A DNA stretch of 51,101 nucleotides, from contig NC_068982.1 in the NCBI RefSeq assembly GCF_001194135.2, forward strand, positions 93,603,454 through 93,654,554. Direction: 5' to 3'. The position numbers and the translations under genes are program-made. The notes under the pieces are model-generated. The model did no database searches. It was not told where the DNA came from and saw only the letters and a list, made by a program, of their open reading frames with translations. Positions 36,984 through 48,650 of this stretch are shown in pieces; position 1 is the first letter of the stretch; each line of letters begins with the position of its first letter. Source of the stretch: Octopus bimaculoides (lineage: Eukaryota).

Positions 36984-36996
36984 ATAATAATAATAA
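36918..36996. repeat. (CTA)n(TAA)n microsatellite at the tail of a D SINE
   Basis: Direct read of the sequence. Confidence 0.95.
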
Positions 36997-37935
36997 TTTC
37001 AATTTTTAGCACAACACAGTAATTTTGGGGAAGGAATTATGTTGAATCCAGTGGTCAACTGGTTCTTATTTAATTGATCCAAAAAAGATGAAAGGCAAAG
37101 TTGACCTTGGCAGAAATTGAATACAGGACGTAAACACTGACAAAATGCCATTTAGCATTTTGCCTAGTGTGCTAATGATTCTACCAGCTCACTACCTTAA
37201 TAATAAGCATGATTGTAAATACAAGGAGCTGAAATGGGGCTCCTCCAAAGGACCTCTGGAGCAATGTTACTTGACAAAGTAACATTAAATGGAATAATAA
37301 TAATAATTTTTTTCTAATTTTGACACAAAGCCAGTAATTGTAGTGGTAGAGTGTTAGTTGCAACCACTGATTCCAGTATGCAGAATTGGTAGGATTTGAA
37401 CTCTGAACATAATGAGCTAAATGAAATGCCACTCAGCATTATGTCTGGCATAATAATTCTGCTAGTTTGTTGCCTTAACTCTTAAGCATTCAGATTATTC
37501 TGTTGAGCATAATGCTTATTTATTCAAATTGGTTTGAATTAATCATACATTGTCTCTCTCTGCTTCTAGATTTCAATGATGTGATATTATAATTTTATAA
37601 TGACATTTTATGGTAAGTGTGAGGCCGAATTTGGTTAGTTTGAATGTAAAACATGTAGAATATTTGGGCCTGGTATGGCTAGTTTAAATGTTAAAATCTT
37701 AATTATTTCATATTTTATCACAAGGTTAGCAATTTTAAGGGGAGAAAGCAAGTCAATTATGTCAACCAACCACCCACACACCAATACTTGACTAGTGTTT
37801 TATTTTATCAATCCTGGAGGGAAGAAAGGCAAATTTGATCTCAGCAGGATTTGAACTCAGAATGTTAAGAATCAGAATAAATACCATAAAGCATTTTTTC
37901 TGATGCTTAACAGAAAAAAGATTCTGTTAACTCAC
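36997..37935 (-). mobile_element. Three co-oriented family D SINEs with an intervening MITE
   Basis: Reverse-strand D motifs (gatgaaaggcaaag, ggatttgaactc, ccagctcactacc) at about 36997-37200, 37290-37478 and 37700-37935. Confidence 0.75.
37475..37702. mobile_element. piggyBac-type MITE, opposite orientation
   Basis: ttaactcttaagcattcag...tagaatatttgggcc...gtttaaatgttaaaatcttaa. Confidence 0.72.
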
Positions 37936-38090
37936 CACTATAATAATATAGATGAAGGTAAATGAAATCTCATGAAGTTCATGTTGTTTCCAGGGTAGAT
38001 TTGGTTTGCAATGTGGAATTTGTCATTTGAAAGGTTATATATATTAATAATATAATAATTAGTGAAATCAAAAGAAAATGCAATGTTTAC

Positions 38091-38210
38091 CGCAATGAAA
38101 CCCTGTCTAACAGGAAATGGAATAGCAGAGTATTTGAATGTTGATGCTGTCGGCCAAATATTTGTCCAGTCATCTGTGATTTTCATTTTGTGATAACGAG
38201 GTGGAAGAGC
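38091..38210 (-). CDS. MRPS35: MRPS35 coding exon 3
   Basis: Poly-T tract plus cAG acceptor, donor GCG|GTAAAC. Encodes ALPPRYHKMKITDDWTNIWPTASTFKYSAIPFPVRQGFIA, matching human [37 protein letters not shown]. 120 nt, phase 0/0. Confidence 0.95.
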
Positions 38211-39452
38211 CTGAAAAAAAAAAAAAAAAAATGTTACAGAAAAATAATAATCACTTTCAAAGAAATTGAATGAGAGAGTATATATACATATATATGTATA
38301 TATACATATATATACACACACNNNNNNNNNNNNNNNNNNNNNNNNNNNNNNNNNNNNNNNNNNNNNNNNNNNNNNNNNNNNNNNNNNNNNNNNNNNNNNN
38401 NNNNNNNNNNNNNNNNNNNNNATGTATCTCATCTTATCAAATATCAGTAAAAATTTGAAGTAAAAACAGTTAATCTTCTGTCTGGGGGTTAAGAACATGT
38501 TTGATAAGATGAGATACATTGAAACTGGTAATATTTTCTTTATATACTTTTTTTATTAAAATCCCACTTAAATTGAAATGTCTTAGACTTACTTCTGTGC
38601 TAGTTCCACCCCCATCTTTTATATATATATATATATATATACAGTTTTATCATTTGTTAAAGAAAGTTTAATTTTGAATATCAACTAATTTTTGATTCAA
38701 GATAAAGTTATAAAATTTGAATCTAAGTGCCTCCAAACTGAGTCTTGTTTATAATAAAGATTTTAATTATTTTAAAATTCACTTTTAATGATATGATAGA
38801 ACCACACAATCATTTGAAAATGAGCCAATATAGTGCTTTTGCTAGATTTTATACCAAATTTATGAATGTGTGCTTAATACAGTAAAGATAGCCAAATATT
38901 TGAAATGTATTCTCCAACAATTTATAAGAAAATTCTAAATTCACAAAACAGCTTGTTTCTCACATCAACATGAAGTAAATATTTTTTCAAGCACTGCTTA
39001 ACAAGATTTAAACATCCAATCATTTAGAGTGAGTTTAAAACCAAAAATCTTAAAACCTCTTCATCCTTAAGAAACTATTGAGAATAAGAGCTTAGCTCAT
39101 GTTTCACTGTGTTCAGCAAAAGAGAGATATATATTTTCTACTGGTTAACAAGCATGCTGATCTGTTACTGTTAACATTCCCAGATACTCTGGTAACAATT
39201 TGAGTGACAGACTTAATCAGTCAACTGGTTTAACACTGTTATAATGTCATTCAATGCCTTCAACATACAGCAATCTGTTGCAAACATTCAAATCCCAGTC
39301 CCACCAGTCTCAGGGAACTTATAAAAAGTTCATGAACACTGTTCTTTCTCCTCTAACTTGTGTATAAAAAGAAATACATTTTTAATATTTTCAAAGCTAG
39401 ATGAACTGAAGTACTGTAGAATTGGATACATTATCACATTACACAGCACATA

Positions 39453-39652
39453 TGAACCCTTTAACATTTAGATTATGCTTATTTATTCACATTGTTTTCA
39501 ATTAATCATGCATTATCGTATAGCTTCAAAATTTTGATGTGATTGTATAATTTTAGAATGACATTGTAGGGTAAATGTGAGAGGCCAGATCTGGTCAGTT
39601 TGAGCATAAAACAGGTAGAATATTTGGGCCAGTTTAAATGCTAAAGGATTAA
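39453..39652. mobile_element. piggyBac-type MITE
   Basis: tgaaccctttaacatttag...gaggccagatctgg...gtttaaatgctaaaggattaa. Confidence 0.75.
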
Positions 39653-39832
39653 TTAAACTTTTGAACTGGTAGCCCTACATCATATCAACAAGATTGTTGC
39701 TTTTACTAGGAGTGAGTGATGACTACTGAATAGTACTGCATGAATATATTCCACTGCACAAATAGTAATAATTATGATACAAAATAGACACAAAATGGTG
39801 CTTATATTAAAGAATGACTACACTTAGAAAGT

Positions 39833-40040
39833 TTAACCCTTCAGTATTTAAATTATTCTGTCAAATGTAATGCTTATTTATTCACATTATTATCTTGTAG
39901 CTATGAGATTTTGATGGGGTAGCTTAATTTTTTTAGAATGATATTGCAGGGTTGGTGTGAGAGGCCAGATTTGGCCAGTTTAAGCAATGAACAGGTAAAA
40001 TATTTTGGCTAAATATGGCCAGTAAATTCTAATGGGTTAA
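39833..40040. mobile_element. piggyBac-type MITE
   Basis: TTAACCCttcag...gagaggccagatttggcc...aatGGGTTAA. Confidence 0.75.
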
Positions 40041-40929
40041 GGAAGACAGTGACTAAGATTTCTGGTTTTTTTTTCCAACCAATTAATCAGAAAAGGGGTA
40101 AGAAGAATCCAGAGTTAAAGATAGCCATTCTGGAATAGGCAGGTAAAGTTTAGTTAATTTTTTAGTTTGAAATACAGTATGTTTGTTGTCAGGGAGAGAA
40201 TTTCAGAGGAATGCAGTTCTAATAAAGAGTTTGTGAGTTTAGTAGAAGATAGAGGGAATAAAACACAGTAGTGTGTCAAGAAGAGAGTCAATAGTAATGG
40301 AAGTACAATGAAGTGAGACAGACAAAAATTGTTTCAGAAATTTATCATCATCCAAGTACAGGACAACCTCCAGAGATATGGATATGTGTGCCTATTGCTC
40401 ATATATGAAGCCATTCATAAATAGGAGTAAAGACAAAGATATACAAAATGGGTCTTGCTAGCAACGAAGAAGCCACAAGCTGATTACCATATCAAACATT
40501 GTCATGTACTTGGTTTTGCAGCACAACACAATCTATAATTTTAACCTACAGCAAGGAAGACAAAGGATGTTATCTCAAGACTGTTGTTACTTAGCACCAA
40601 GTTGTCACTGATTGAGCAGCTCTATGATGAAAGGCATATTATGAGTCACCCCATATTTTTAGGGGTGTGTCTTAAACTACATTATTCAGTTTGTTGCAAT
40701 TTGAACAATTTGACTGCTATTTCTAGCAGGTCGAATGACCACTTAAAAGTTTTCTTATTGGCATCACTGGTGAGACTGAAAGTATATATGATCAAATCAA
40801 GCACCTACAATAGAGCACGAAGGTCATTATCTAATGTTACAATTTGGGAGATATGTTAGATATGATTAAAGACCACTAATAAACAATTAAGAGATTAGGG
40901 TTTAGTAAACAAAATTTTAAGTTAACATA

Positions 40930-41315
40930 GACGCAGGAGTGGCTGTGTGATAAGTAGCTTGCTTACCGACCACATGGTTCCGGGTTCAGTCCCACTGCAT
41001 GGCACTTTGGGCAAGTGTCTTCTACTATATCCTCGGGTCGACCAAAGCCTTGTGAGTGGATTTGGTAGACGGAAACTGAAAGAAGCCCATCATATATATG
41101 TATATATATGTGTGTCTGTGTTTGTCCCCCCAACATCGCTTGACAACCGATGCTAGTGTTTACGTCCCCATAACTTAGCGGTTCGGCAAAAGAGACCGAT
41201 AGAATAAGTACTAGGCTTACAAAGAATAAGTCCTGGGGTCGATTTGCTTGACTTAAGGCGGTGCTCCAGCATGGCCGCAGTCACATGACTGAAACAAGTA
41301 AAAGAGTAAAAGAGT
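40930..41315 (+). mobile_element. SINE family A1 (tRNA head, CORE-like ttgggcaagtgtc, internal microsatellite, tail tgactgaaacaagtaaaagag), young copy
   Basis: gcaggagtggctgtgtgataag...gggttcagtcccactg...(TA)n...ccagcatggccgcagtcacatgactgaaacaagtaaaagagtaaaagag. Near-identical to 16183-16728 and 26591-26990. Confidence 0.9.
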
Positions 41316-41801
41316 ATATTAAAAGTATGTTTGCACTGGCTATATACTTACACAGATTTTGCATCAAATTACTAACCATGACCCATGTTCAAGTCTTAAC
41401 AATTTTCTTGTTCTCTCAAACAAGGCGAATAACTCTACAATGCTTAAATTTAGCTGTGAGAAAATAGCACTCATTCTAACTTGACAATCGTGAGACAAGA
41501 AGGAAGCAATGTAGTTGCTCAGCAAATTGGAAATAGCAGCCAAATCTCGCTGAGCCTCTACCTACTTAAAAATAAATAAATAAAAAGACACATTCATCAA
41601 TGTAATTCTAGAGAGGGTGGTTATAGTTGAAGTGCTTTAGAGCATAGTTTTCAGCTTGATCAGAGCTAAACAAAAAATTCAAAGCTGAGTGGTTACTACA
41701 TATGAATAGCATCCAGCTGTAAAAAAGTAATTCTTCAAATATAATCACATGTATAAAAGAGAGAGAGAGAGAGAACAGTATGAAAAGCTAAAATTGATTA
41801 C

Positions 41802-41884
41802 CTCTTTTCTTCTTTTTTTCTGCATTCCTTTCTTCTGTTTTATGCTAGCACCTGGAATCTCAAGCACCCTAAATTCTTCATGTT
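41802..41884 (-). CDS. MRPS35: MRPS35 coding exon 2
   Basis: Acceptor ttttattgtttgacAG, donor GAG|GTAATC. Encodes (E)HEEFRVLEIPGASIKQKKGMQKKRRKE. The EFRVL motif and basic tract resemble invertebrate mS35 just before (A)LPPR (recalled). Phase 1 in, phase 0 out. Confidence 0.85.
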
Positions 41885-42602
41885 CTGTCAAACAATAAAA
41901 TCAATAAATATAGAATGAAATTAAAAAAAGACCAAGGTTATATATTAGAAAGGCTAACAATTAAACACAGTTTTTGTTTTCATTTTGCCAATGTACTTTT
42001 ATTTTTCTTCTTCATGTCATTGTCTTCACTTTTCTCTTTCTAAGTAGTCAAATTATATCTTATGCTCTTAAAACACACATACACACACAGTCATATAAAT
42101 TTATATAACAATACAGACATGAGCACTGTTTTGATTATACTGGATATTTTTTGTTATTCATTACGTTAATGGAAACACAAAAATCGTTAAAAGTGTTAAA
42201 ATCTTGGATGTCCTAAAAACATTCTAATAATATTTATACTATTTAATAGAAATGAATTCAGGATTATTTAACAGAAATGTCATCATGTAACACAACATAA
42301 TTAACATTTTGATATTAAAAACTAGCAATTTTAGTATTTATAAAATAATTATAAAGTGAATTAAATATCCTAATGATTTCTAATGTTAGAAGTGAAAATC
42401 GAAGAATATAAAATTCAAGAATTTCCGATTGTTTTTATTTATAAATCGTGTTCAATAGTTTTAATGAAGTATTGAAAGACAAATTGGAGGGGAACTAACC
42501 ACATTATAGAACTAAAAGAAAGAAGTAACAACCAGCTACTAGAATGATATAATCAAACTAAGTGACTCACCTAGTTCTGTAAACTTTTTTTTTAGCTTAG
42601 AA

Positions 42603-42946
42603 CAGTGTTTCTCAACCTTGTTTTACTAATGGAACCCTTTGATTCCTATTTTACTGAGCTGAATCCGCCTTGCCATTCGATGTTTAAAAACTTCAATTAC
42701 ATTTTTATAATACTAAGTTGAGGAAAAAGTCTGTGCGCCGTGTTAAAATAATGAACTGAATGAATACACACACCACAAAAATATATAAAAAAGCATCATT
42801 TTAATATGACACAATTTTCCCCCAGCCTAATAAGGTATTATTAGAAATTGTATAAAAATACTAAAATGTTTTGAGTATTGTAACCAATTTATTACAGATA
42901 AATTTTCACAACAAAATCGTATATGGACTCTGGTTGAGAACCACTA
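42603..42946. mobile_element. hAT/Charlie-like MITE
   Basis: Termini cagtgtttctcaacc and ggttgagaaccacta (13/15 inverted match), typical of Charlie/MER-type ends. The 8-bp TSD is only weakly visible (TAG-containing flanks). Confidence 0.6.
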
Positions 42947-42964
42947 GTTTTAGGTTGTTAGAAA

Positions 42965-44090
42965 TTATTATTATTTTTAGGAAGTTGGCAAGCTGGCAGA
43001 ATCATTAATGCTTTGGCCAAAATACTTAGTAGTATTCCTTCACGCTTTTTACATTCCGAATTCAAATGCCACTGAAATTAACTTTGCCTTTTATCTTTTG
43101 GGATTCAATAGTAAAAAGTACCACTCAAGTACTTGAATCAATGTAAACAAGTTGCTCCCACCCCATCAAAATTTCTGGCCTTGTATCAGAATCTGAAAGG
43201 ATTATTTGGGTGGTGGATTGGTAGAATTGTTATAGCATGAAATAAAATGTTTTGCAGTATATGTTACAACCATTTATGTTCATATCCAACCAAGATCAAC
43301 TTTACCTCTTCATCTATTCAGGATCAATAAAAATAAAGAACCAGTAACTGATGGGGGTTGATGGTATCAACCTAGCTTTCTCCCAAATCTCAAGCTCTTT
43401 TAGGGTTGATAAAATAAGTACCAGTTGAGCACTGGGGTTGATGTAATCGACTTACCACACTTCCCCAAAACTGCTGGACTTGTACTAAAATTCGAAACTT
43501 ATGATTACTATTATTAATGTGGTGAGCTGGCAGAATCATTAGCACACCAGGGAAAATACTTTGTGGCATTTCATCTGTTGTCATGTTCTGAGTTCAAATT
43601 CCGCTGAGGTTGACTTCGCCTTTCATCCTTTTGGGGTTGATTAAATAAGTACCAGTTACGCACTGGGGTCAATATAATTGACTTAATCTCTTCCCCCAAA
43701 TATCAGGCCTTGTGCCTACAGTAGAAAGGATTATTATTATTAAGGTAGCAAGGTGGTTGAATTGTTAGCACACTACCAAAAATGCTTAGCGGCTCTGAAT
43801 TCAAATTTGCCTTTCATCCTTTTGGGGGTCAATAAAATAGGTAGCAATTGAATACTGGGGTTAATGTAATCAATGATATCCCTCCCACTAAAATTTCAGG
43901 CTTTTACCTATAGTGACATTTTTACCAGCTCTATGTTCTGAGACCAAATGTTGCTGTGGTCGGCTTTGCCTTTCTTCCTTTAAGGGTCAATATAATAAAT
44001 ACCTGTTGAATACTAGGGTTGATGTGACTTCCCACTCCCCTCAGAATTGCTGACTTTGTACCAAATTTAGAAAGAATTATTATTGAGTCA
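42965..44090 (+). mobile_element. Head-to-tail array of about six family D SINEs (full and partial)
   Basis: Repeated modules gcaagctggcagaatcatta / ctttcatcctttt / aagtaccagtt...ctggggt(c/t)(g/a)at / aaaggattattatt, with clearly different substitutions in each unit. Confidence 0.8.
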
Positions 44091-44114
44091 AATCAGGAGC
44101 TTCAACTAAATCTG

Positions 44115-44505
44115 TATCACGTTTCAGTCATTTAACTGTGGCCATGCTGGAGCAACACCTTTAGTTGAAGAAACTGACCCCAGGATATTCTTTGTAAGCC
44201 TAGTACTTATTCTATCAGTCTCTTTTGCTGAACTGCTAAGTTTTGGGGACATAAACACTCCAACATCGGTTGTCAAGTAATGGTAGTGGAGGTGGTGGGG
44301 CAAACACAGACACAAAGACACACACATAAATATACATATATACACGATGGGCTTCTTTCAGTTTCTGTCTACCAAATCCACTCATAAGGCTTTGGTTGGC
44401 TCAAGGTTATAGTAGAAGACATTTGCCCAAGGTGCCATGCAGTGGGACTGAACCCAAGACCATGTGGTTGGGAAGCAAGCTTCTAACCACACAGCCACAT
44501 CTGCC
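44115..44505 (-). mobile_element. SINE family A1
   Basis: Reverse complement of the A1 structure (gtttcagtcatttaactgtggccatgctggagc...ttctaaccacacagccac). Confidence 0.88.
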
Positions 44506-46729
44506 AAGTTTTTTAATCTTTGAGTAGCAAAGAAAAGGTAAGTGGGAAAAGGTTAAAGAACACTTTTAAACACATAAGATGAAAGCATAGTGAATGAAAA
44601 CTAGTTGTTTGTGGAATAACACTGAGAGTCCCTGTGGGATAAATTTGAAAAAAATTAAATGATTGAAAAGAAGGGTAGTATGAATATGATGCAAACATCC
44701 ATGAAAATAGAGAGGAAAAGTCGGTTAAAAGGTCATTAATCTTGCTAACCCTAGAGTGCTTGCAAAGGTCAATCATACTTGATCTTTGCAAGCCCTCTGG
44801 GACTAATGAGGGTAATGCAGTTTACATTCAAGTTAAACAAAAGTAGGCTTATGTCTGTAGGAATACCATGGGAGAAGAGAAAAATCCAAAAGCAGAAAGA
44901 ATTAAGGTAAGTGGTTAGTGTAGGGATTGAGGGATGAGACACATTAGGGGTGATGCAAGGGAGAAGATATGTGCCAGTGGGAAGTTGGTATGAAGTGAGC
45001 AAGTTCAGAGAGGTAGATACTGTAGATTGGGGGGGGGGGGGCAACAACAGTAGAGGATAGTAGTTTGTCATGTATTGGTGAGTTTTACAAATTTGTAAGG
45101 ATGGCATTCTCTTTAGATGTAACTTAAGATATTTGCATGTGCAGCAGTGATTACCTTTCAGATATAGCAAAAGTACTTCATTGTGATTCTTACTTGAGGT
45201 GTTTTGAGAATGTGCAACTGATTAAAGTATTTTTTTTGCTTTTGAAGAGGAAGTTTCTTCCTTTGACAAAATTTTAGCTATTATTTTATGTAAATGGAGT
45301 CACCAGGAAAGATACATTTGTAAGCAACTTTGAGTGTTTTATCTATATGTTGTCCAAGGCTAAAGGTGGTCAGATATGTCAGTTATTTTTTTTTTCATGA
45401 GAAGAAATCGTGCCTTTGTGTTGTAGAGAGAGAAAGAGAGATAGAGAAAGAGATGACAAGTTCAGAGAGGTTATCTTTACTGGGAAGATTGTTTTACAAC
45501 AATCTATTCCAATCTTTAGAAACATGCTCCAGAGTGTTCTATCTCCTAAGATAACTGCTCTGAATTCATCATCTATCAATATATTGCACTCACCCCAATA
45601 TCTTAAAGCTATAGTTTCCTGGAATGATTAGTTAATTCTAAATTCTATGCTGTGAGCATGGTTAAGTCAATCAACTAACTTTCAATAGCCAGTTTCTCAA
45701 GATGAACTGTGCCAGAAAGAGGGAACAGCTCAGCTCGATAATACAAACAGCAAAATTGTTGTTAAACTGACAGGTGGTTGGTTAGTGAGTTCAGCTTCCT
45801 CCATAGGTATAGCTTGGAGGAACACGAGATTCATCAAACTAACTTGCACTAGATACATTACAAGATGGGACGTTAAACGATGATGATGATATACCTAGAG
45901 ATTATTTCCGTTATCTATTCCAATCCTTAGAAACATGCTCCAGTATGTTCTATCTCATAATAAAATAACTGCTCTGAACTCACCATTTCTCAGTGTATCA
46001 CACTCACTTCAAATATCTCAAAGCTATAGTTTCCTGGAACCTTTGAGACATAGCTGTAACATTGTTGGATTATATGGTTTATGGTTCAATATTAAGATAC
46101 AGCAGTTTTTGTCGAGCAAGGTACATAACTCTGCTTACTTCAGTCTTTCTGGTTAAAACAAAAAAGTTATAGTCCCTATTTTGTAGATGAACAGTTAAAC
46201 AATTGTTCTAAGACGTAAATGTACATATTTTTCAAAAAGACTTTCCCATGCATTGAAAAAAAGTGTAAAATATGTATTTATTAATATCATATTGCATTTT
46301 TTGAAAAGGAAGCTTCATTTCTATTATTATTACTTTGTCAAACCTAAACTGCAGAATATATCTGATTCTTTATTTCTATTCTTATATTCCTAGTTCAGGT
46401 CATTCAAGAAAGTTTATCTTTATTAAGAGTGTCTTCTACTTTTACCACAACAATACTTTTAGGAATAGCAACATCCAGGACTTTTGCAAGATTGCTGAGA
46501 CTGATGAAAGTAAAGAGAAGGCAAAACCAAAACTTAAGTTGGATGCAATGCATTAAAATAACCAGTTATTTTCAAGTCAGAGAGCTTAATCTGGGTGCTT
46601 GCAACAGAATGGAATTTGTTAACGGCAAAGAATGGCCCAGTGGTAGTGCTGAGCTTAGTGAGATATTAAGTCTAACAGACAAGAAATATTATTTTAGTTT
46701 CTTGACAATGCTGATTCAATTATTTATAG

Positions 46730-46960
46730 CAGGCACAGACAAGGCTCTGGGGTTAAGAAGTTTACTTCCAACCCGCGAGTTTTGTGTTTAGTCCTAGCGA
46801 ATAGCACCACAGGCAAGTGTCTTCTACTATACTCTTGTACCAACCAAAGCCTTGAAAGTGCATTTGATAGACAGAAATTGAAAGACACGTGTTGTACATG
46901 TGTATATGTTCACCACATTGCATTATGATGTAAACAAGCGTCACCATCATACAAATAACG
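46730..46960 (+). mobile_element. SINE family A head with start of an A2-type body
   Basis: gttaagaagtttacttccaacc...ggcaagtgtcttctactata...aaacaagcgtcaccatcatac. Confidence 0.6.
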
Positions 46961-47682
46961 CCGTTTGTTTCCTTGAACAGGCAGCTCAGTAGTCCAGATA
47001 ATTAGAACATTCTTCGTCGAAACCGACGAAAGGTCCATTTCATGGCGAATGCATACACATACAAAAGGCATCCGAACACTGCATATTCATCTACACAAAT
47101 ACACACACCATCACTGCACAATTCGGCAGACCAGGGAGCCTCTATGCTGCCTTCGATATGCTAGAAATAAAAGCTAAATATCATCTAAATCACAGCCCAT
47201 CGCTATAAAATAGATGATATCCGAGATTGCCTTTCGTTACGGGTCTGGTCAGTCACAGTTCACTTTAGGGCTAAACTACAATAGCTGCACCTGCAAGCTC
47301 TGCGTGGTCATATATATAATCTGTTAGAAATAGCAAATCTTCTTCAAATCATACCACACCGCTTTAAACAAGAAATGATGGTAGTTAATGTTTACAATCC
47401 GGAAACGTAAACAATGTCTTTGGTAATCGATTTGTTCCGTCAAACTGACCCATAAAACGATACCTGTTTAAAATATGAATGAACACAATTGATGGGAGGG
47501 TCGGGGTCAAACAATCAGTGAAGGCCAAAGCAGAATGTTGCACTTATTACTTTCGTATACTTAGTTAAATAGATGACCATTAAGAATTCAAATCCTGCCG
47601 TTGTCTAACTTGGTCTTTTGTTTCTTCAAAGTCGATAAAATGTTGGTCTTATTTGGGTCCGTACAAAACTTTATGTTTACTC

Positions 47683-47711
47683 AAAAAAAAAAAAAAAAAA
47701 AAAAAAAAAAA
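47683..47711. repeat. Poly-A tract (29 nt); another at ~26011-26045 abuts a gap
   Basis: Direct read of the sequence. Confidence 0.95.
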
Positions 47712-48496
47712 GCAATATTTATAGTATTCTTGTCTGAAAATTCTCAAGCTTGTTCCTATGTCAACAAATACCAATAATATTTGAACAGAAGAGGGATATG
47801 CTTTTCTTTACATTCTTGATGTTGTTTTAAGTCATATTTTTGTAAAATTTGAAACAAAATAATGTTAAAACAATTGTAAATAAATGAAAACAATCAAATG
47901 CAAAATCACAAAGAGTTAAGATTACTTATTTTCTTGCTAACCAATTCCAATTACGCATTAAATTGTGACAACTAACAATTTTTAATTTAAAGAAAAGATA
48001 GAAAATACAACGAACATCTACAAAACGAAAAATAAATGACATTGGAATATATTTTTCAAAGGCATTAACCAGGACCATTCAACTTAAAATATGTATATCG
48101 ATATTTTGTGTGTGTGTGTGTACATGTACATATATATATATATATACATAAATACATGTACATATATATAATTTACTTTGATTTATTATAGGAATAGGTT
48201 TTTTTTAATTACAACTTTCATACTGTCAATTTAAAACAAACGCGAAAAGAAAACTGCGACATGTTCTATAGTCTAAAACAGCATGTGCACGAATGAGCAA
48301 CACCTCAATTTAGACCACTATCAATTGTAAAGTGTATGAACTAAACAAATGTATGATTTCTTAAAATAGCTTCTGGTTGAGTAAAGTGCATTACTATTAA
48401 GTATTTTGAGAGCAGTAGGAGAGGACAGCCTTAGCGGAGAACGACGACAGTAAAAAGGAATGTATAGAAATGAAAGTCTGACGAAAATTTCTATAC

Positions 48497-48650
48497 CTTG
48501 TTGTAAAGCGGTATCACTCTGTGTTGCAGGAGCATGAGATATGATTTTCGATGAATGAAAATGGCACTTGAAAGAGAATAAGAAAAGGTTTTCTTTTCTT
48601 GACAGAAGGATATTTCGAAGCGACAAGTTGATTCCATTCGTGGCAGCCAT
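48497..48650 (-). CDS. MRPS35: MRPS35 coding exon 1 (putative mitochondrial targeting peptide)
   Basis: ATG at 48650 encodes MAATNGINLSLRNILLSRKENLFLFSFKCHFHSSKIISHAPATQSDTALQQ+G, then donor CAAG|GTATAG. The phase-1 end fits exon 2. The peptide is rich in Ser/Arg/Lys/Leu with few acidic residues and lies in a CpG-retaining region. Assigned by phase and position, not by sequence conservation. Confidence 0.8.

Noticed and set aside
37938-38519. 193-aa ORF in the track
   Set aside because: Only 40 codons are the real exon; the rest is intron, microsatellite and N gap.
40040-40320. Purine-rich strand-biased tracts (also ~14960-15200 and ~44520-45110), possibly ancient CR1/L2 remnants
   Set aside because: Too decayed to assign without an HMM search.
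42965-44090. CRISPR-like or satellite interpretation of the repeated units
   Set aside because: The context is eukaryotic, the units are ~200-bp SINEs with Pol III heads, and there are no unique spacers or cas genes.
45481-45572. Cryptic minus-strand exon DDEFRAVILGDRTLWSMFLKIGIDCCKTIFP, phase 1 in and phase 0 out like MRPS35 exon 2 (a possible mutually exclusive exon)
   Set aside because: It lacks a polypyrimidine tract, has a weak donor (CCA|GTAAAG), shares only EFR with mS35, and lacks the basic tract. The true exon 2 at 41802-41884 fits far better. Only RNA-seq junction reads could rescue it.
47013-47030. Perfect hairpin ttcgtcg-aaac-cgacgaa
   Set aside because: Only a 7-bp stem. No upstream CUGANGA core for a hammerhead ribozyme and no Helitron terminus context.
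48096-48103. DRE-like TATCGATA in MRPS35 intron 1
   Set aside because: A single 8-mer in TA-rich context, with no evidence for DREF-type regulation here.
48321-48496. ORF-track extension of MRPS35 exon 1 (GIEIFVRL...)
   Set aside because: Read-through past the GTATAG donor into intron 1.
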